From Gonapodya sp. JEL0774 (lineage: Eukaryota), in the NCBI GenBank assembly GCA_027604505.1, contig JADIIX010000013.1:62001-126000 (forward strand): 64,000 nucleotides of DNA, in the 5' to 3' direction. Shown here piece by piece: positions 59,406-64,000 of this stretch; the stretch's first letter is position 1; each line of letters begins with the position of its first letter. The position numbers were made by a program, and so were the translations under genes. The notes below the pieces were generated by a model that saw nothing but the letters and a program-made list of their open reading frames with translations, was not told the DNA's origin and did no database searches.

Positions 59406-60938
59406 AACTCCTGGACGGATCTTAAAGTGTGTAGCTAAAACGACGTTACGCAGCAATACAGATTGGTCGCAGTCAGTATAGGTCAGCTCCGAGACAGGAC
59501 GGGACCTCCACGGAAGTGAAAAGTGTTGTGCAGAAGCACACCTGGTGCGCACGGTCTGTTCGTCCAGTCCGGGCAGGTCATCGATCCATTCCCCCCTTTG
59601 CAGGTGGAGTCGTTACGCGTGGAGTTGTCGTTGGAATTATTGGGATTTGGAGAAACAAGGAAAGGCGATGGTGGCGGATGTGGGGGTGGTGTTGGTGTGC
59701 GGGGTGAGCGACTGCTAAGGGCCGACACAGCCTTGTGTCTGCGGACACAATGTGTTGTCTTCATTTTGGCTGCACGTGGCTTTGCCGCCAAAGAAACCCG
59801 TTCTTGCAATCAGTACTCAATCTATTCTCTGCTTTCATTGCATAGACTAATGATTCATCGTTTATCGCCAATGTTCTAGTGTACTCTGAATCCGCGAGCC
59901 CTATTACTTCTGTGAACCGTGTCTCCCGAGCCAGCCCGCGCGTTCTCCCACAAACCTCGCAGTTCATGCACGCATATGCTCCACTAGAGCACAGAAACAG
60001 AGCACGCCTGCCTGGTGCTATGGTTCTTGTTTCCCGCCCCTCATCTGCACGGATCTATCCCTGAGCGATAGAAGCCGGCGCCAGCCAGTGGGAACGCCTA
60101 TTCACCCTCCCCACACATATCCAACCAGGCGTCGCTGGATGGACGCACACCACCACTTGAGGCTGTTGAGCCTACGTGAAATGACCTTGGTCTGCGCTTG
60201 GCCAGAGGAGGTCTCAACTCCCGCGGGGAAGCGTGTTTACTGACCCTCATCATCAAAATCCCTCACGTTCGTCAGTCTGGTTGCAGCACGTGCAGCTCCA
60301 ACCGTACATTTCAACTCACATTCAACATTGTACCCTATCCACCCTCTCCGTGATCGGAGGCCGTCGGCTCGCGATGTTTGCAGGTGGAATTCAGGGAGGG
60401 AGGACAAGGGGTTGGACATTGGGGCGGAACCTTACACAGAAGCCCAACGGGATGTGTACGTGAGAGAACCGTGTGAAGAAGTATGGCTAGAGTAGAGGGC
60501 CGAAAGGGACTGGTTTGGTGTTTGCAGGTGAATCCTTCTCGAGACGCACACAATGTTGGGCCGTGGGCGACGGGCCATGAGACGAGAATCGTGGTCCCGA
60601 TTCTACATGTATTCTGTGATGAGCGCGTGTCGTGCAAAAATATATCTACACTATACAACGTTCCGCACAATCGACTCTAGAGTCTTTGTGGAGTCATTAA
60701 GAGGGACTTTGGGCGTGTCACATGTGACTTTGGGAGTTCACTCCTTTGACTCTGGGGGAGTTCATGCAGAGTCACAGCGGATTTTGGGCAACACGGTTTC
60801 GGGTGCACCTGGTTTTCATCCCGATCGATGCCTTGGGCGCGGGCAGGCACAGGCAGCACTCATCACATTGGCACTGTTTTGCAGTCAGCCTCGCCTTCTC
60901 TCAATCAACGCCCACCCAACCCACAACTAAACACAGTG

Positions 60939-62227
60939 ATGTCATCTCTACCGAATGCTGCCCCGGTGGATGTGGCCATGGACCTACAAGTGCACTTGAA
61001 TGCAATCATACTTGGCAGGTATGTACATTTGCAACTGAAGAGCCTCGTCAGGGACTCTGTTTGCAAGGACTCTCTCCTTCCCCCCTCCCCCGAAAGCTTC
61101 CTTTGTCAACTCATTATTGCACTGCAGTTTGTTGGAGATATGCATATGATGACCAATCTTATGAAGGGATTGAGCGGCTTCAGTCTTGCCATGAACACGC
61201 TGGCCGCACTGCTCGCGTACATGGGAAACACTCAAATCTGTGCTCCTGTGCTAAGGTATTGTGTCACAAAGTGATCTCTCTCGCAGTCAAAAATGCCAGT
61301 GGAGCTCAAATATGAACCTGCCATATTTATTATTTGCTCAGCATCGGATGCTTCGTTTTCCTCTTTGGGAAACTCGGATCTTGGCTCACCTTTGGCCTCC
61401 GAATCTGGGCGCTCTCAACGCAAAACCAGTACATTGGAGCGTTGGTTCTGACACTTGTGGTGGTATCTTTCTTGGGAAATGCTGGGTGGGTTCAAAGTTG
61501 GGAAACGGGACCAACCTACCGAAAGGGACACACTGTTTTTCTAAAAAAACCTGACAGAATGAATGATTACGCGCTGAAAAAGATCCTGCGCTGTGTCCTC
61601 TCATGGACGCGTGCTCCCTCGTCTCTGCGCTCCGCGGCCAAACCCGGACTTGTCCTGGATCAGCACCTTGATCTCGTCTGCGGTCCCCATCATGTGCATC
61701 ACCTTTATCGCGCTCCACATTTACTACTTACGTCAACACCAAACGAACGCGAAAGTTGTCAGCGTAGGCACTCACAACAAGAAACTTGCGGCGACCCTCA
61801 AGTTGTTTGGGAATTCGATCGCGGTCTTGGCCATTGAAGCCATGGTACACGCACTCAGAGACTATGTATGTGAGACAATTCTTTCCTATCCACACCATAA
61901 AAAAAATAGCGTAGTCTGGATTGTCTTTCAAAAGTTTGCCCAGCAAGGTCCTTTGTACTTTTATGGCCTCATGTTCATTGGCCAGATTCTGAAGGATTTC
62001 GTTTGTGGGTGTGGTTGTCTGATTGTTCTTCTCATGACCGTCGGTTTCCACCGTTGACTACAGAGCCTTTCATAGATTGTGGGTACATGAGACAATTTTC
62101 CAATGATCTACGCAAGAGTGCAGCCGCAACACCCGATCCGTCAACGTTCAATGGAGTTAAAAGGCAATCCGTGAGGACAGGCAATATTGCGAAAACTGCA
62201 GAGATGACCAACAATGATAATGCATAA
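60939..62227 (+). CDS. Multi-pass (about 7 TM) GPCR-like membrane protein (multi-exon)
   Basis: Successive hydrophobic segments: VHLNAIILG; LSGFSLAMNTLAALLAY; IGCFVFLFGKLGSWLTFGLRIWAL; YIGALVLTLVVVSFLG; LSWISTLISSAVPIMCITFIALHIYYL; LFGNSIAVLAIEAMV; PLYFYGLMFIGQIL. Polar C-terminal tail. Confidence 0.55.
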
Positions 62228-62867
62228 GGGGTTGCATAATATCGGCAGAAAGGGAGCTGAAGGGGGGTCAGATATTATGGACCATGTATTTTCTGGGCAG
62301 AAGCCCGGAAGGGCTCCTAACTCCACGCTTGCAGAATACAAAAGAAGAATCACAGAAACTGGGAAAAATAAAACATGGACCAAAAAAAAAGAGGAAACAA
62401 ATAGACAGGGAAAGGGATGAGGAACTTGGCACACGAGATTGAGAACCCTTTGTGCCTGTGTGGGTGGTGTGCCGAGTTGGTCACAGTGAGCGGATTTGAG
62501 CCCCTCGATTTGGAAAAAAAGGGGCACGTCATGGGAACACAGCAGGGATCGCGGGCACGGGCAGGGCAGAGAGACAGAGCAAGGAGTAGGAGAATTGTGG
62601 TGGGTGTGATGGATTGGAGGGGGGGGGGGGGAAGGGTGGAAGGATGGGCAGAGGGGGATGTGGGAATGGGGCGAATGGGGAATGGGGGCATGGGGGAAGG
62701 GGGGTGGATCGGGGAGTGTGGGAGTGTGGGAGTGGTGTGATGGGAAGGGAGATGGGAGATGGGAAGGGAGATGGGAGATGGGGGGGATGGGAAGGGCAGA
62801 GTGGGCAGATGGGGCAGGAGAGGGGAGTGGGACGGACACAGAGTGACTGACTGACCCCACACCCCCC

Positions 62868-64000
62868 ATGCAACCACAGGCATCATCAGATTCAGCGGAC
62901 ATGGACACACAAACACACAGACGGGGGGGACTGGGCAGAGGACGGGGACACCCAGACCCACACTCCCCACTCCGACACTCCCCTCTCCTTCTCCCTCTCC
63001 CTCTCCCTCTCCCTCTCCCCACCCTCCTCCTCCCCTCTCTCCTCCTCCTCCTCCTCCTCCCTTCCGCCCTCGCCCAGGGAACTCTCACAAACACCGGCTG
63101 CTTCTGCACTTCTCAGTGCTACACGGGCCTGGTCACAACTCTGCCTGTACGTTGTTCTTTGCTCCCCGCATCCACCCTCCCTCCCTCTGCCCCATCTCCT
63201 CTCCCTTCTCACCTCTCTCCTCTTTATACCTCTCTTACCCCCACTCCTCACCCCCCTCTTATCTCACCCCCACTCCTCACCCCCTCTTTATACCTCTCTC
63301 ACCCCCACAACCACCCTCTCACCTCCCTCCTCTCACTCCCCCTCCCCAACAGTGGTGCTGGGTCACAGCCAGCTCATGCCCCGCAACTGGGCCCCCTTAC
63401 TTCGACACCAGAGACGGTCTCACTCGTGGCTGGGATGTCTGCATAAACGTGAGTACCCGACCTGACCTGCTCCAGCGTTTTCACCCAGTTATGCGCCGAG
63501 TCGAGTCAGGCCGAGTCAGGCTTGAAGCCGGGAAGCCGGGAGCTGGGAGCCAGGAGCGGTGGACCGTGACCACCCAGTCCGTGCGTGGTTCCTGGTCTGG
63601 TCTCTTTGCCAAATGCCGCCCCCACCCCTTCCCCCCCACCTCCCCCTATTTCTCTCACTCGTTCTCGTACTCGTACTCACCACTCATACTCACACTCTCA
63701 CACACCCCACACCCACACACTCCACCCAGCCCACATCGGTCATCCCCTACCCCTTCCCCCCGCTCACCCCACCCCCACCACCCACCCCGCCGGCGCCGCC
63801 GCCTGCTCCTCCACCACCGCCACCCGTGGACCCGCCACCCCCGCCCCCGCCCCCGCCTCCTCCACCAGTGGACACCACACCGCCTCCACCGCCTCCACCA
63901 CCGGTCGACACCACACCTCCTCCTCCTCCTCCTCCTCCTCCTCCTCCTCCACCGGTCGACACCACACCGCCACCGCCACCCCCACCGCCACCCCCACCCG
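62868..64000 (+). CDS. Secreted/surface protein with signal peptide, the same Cys-rich kringle/FN2-like domain and a poly-Pro (PPPPVDTT) stalk; runs off window end
   Basis: LLLPSLLLLLLLPSALAQGTLTNTGCFCTSQCYTGLVTTLP|WCWVTASSCPATGPPYFDTRDGLTRGWDVCIN|..PPPPPVDTTPPPP. Introns at ~63147-63350 and ~63449-63729. Confidence 0.72.

Noticed and set aside
62141..63109. 322-aa minus-strand ORF and other ORFs over 62350-62970
   Set aside because: They derive from G-rich/CT-rich simple sequence in the intergenic region and the signal-peptide exon of the plus-strand gene.

Overview
This is a gene-dense, intron-rich eukaryotic window with short GT-AG introns and no prokaryotic features. The gene set points to a flagellated, early-diverging (zoosporic, chytrid-like) fungus: ciliary transition-zone TMEM231, CNOT11, a Nup153-like nucleoporin with RanBP2 zinc fingers, fungal-type Bmt6-like, Ypi1, a CBM21 PP1-targeting subunit and peptidase M50B. 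The taxon is an inference. Other housekeeping genes are HUS1, CHMP7, DHFR and TMEM258/OST5. Three things stand out. (1) Three different two-catalytic-domain glycosyltransferases lie within about 26 kb: GT32+B4GALNT/GT12-like+FN3+CBM, GT7/GT2-like+fucosyltransferase-like, and GT61+O-FucT. The last two are intronless. (2) A tandemly duplicated, micro-exon-rich pair of genes, invisible in the ORF track, encodes five C-type-lectin domains with EPN/EPS...E...ND Ca2+/sugar-binding residues on Thr-rich mucin stalks. One copy is apparently secreted or truncated; the other is membrane-anchored with a Gly/Ala tail. (3) Two divergently oriented surface-protein genes share a small kringle/FN2-like Cys domain and flank a 7TM-like gene. 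All family assignments are from motif recognition by eye and manual splicing. No database search was run, and exon boundaries and start codons are approximate.
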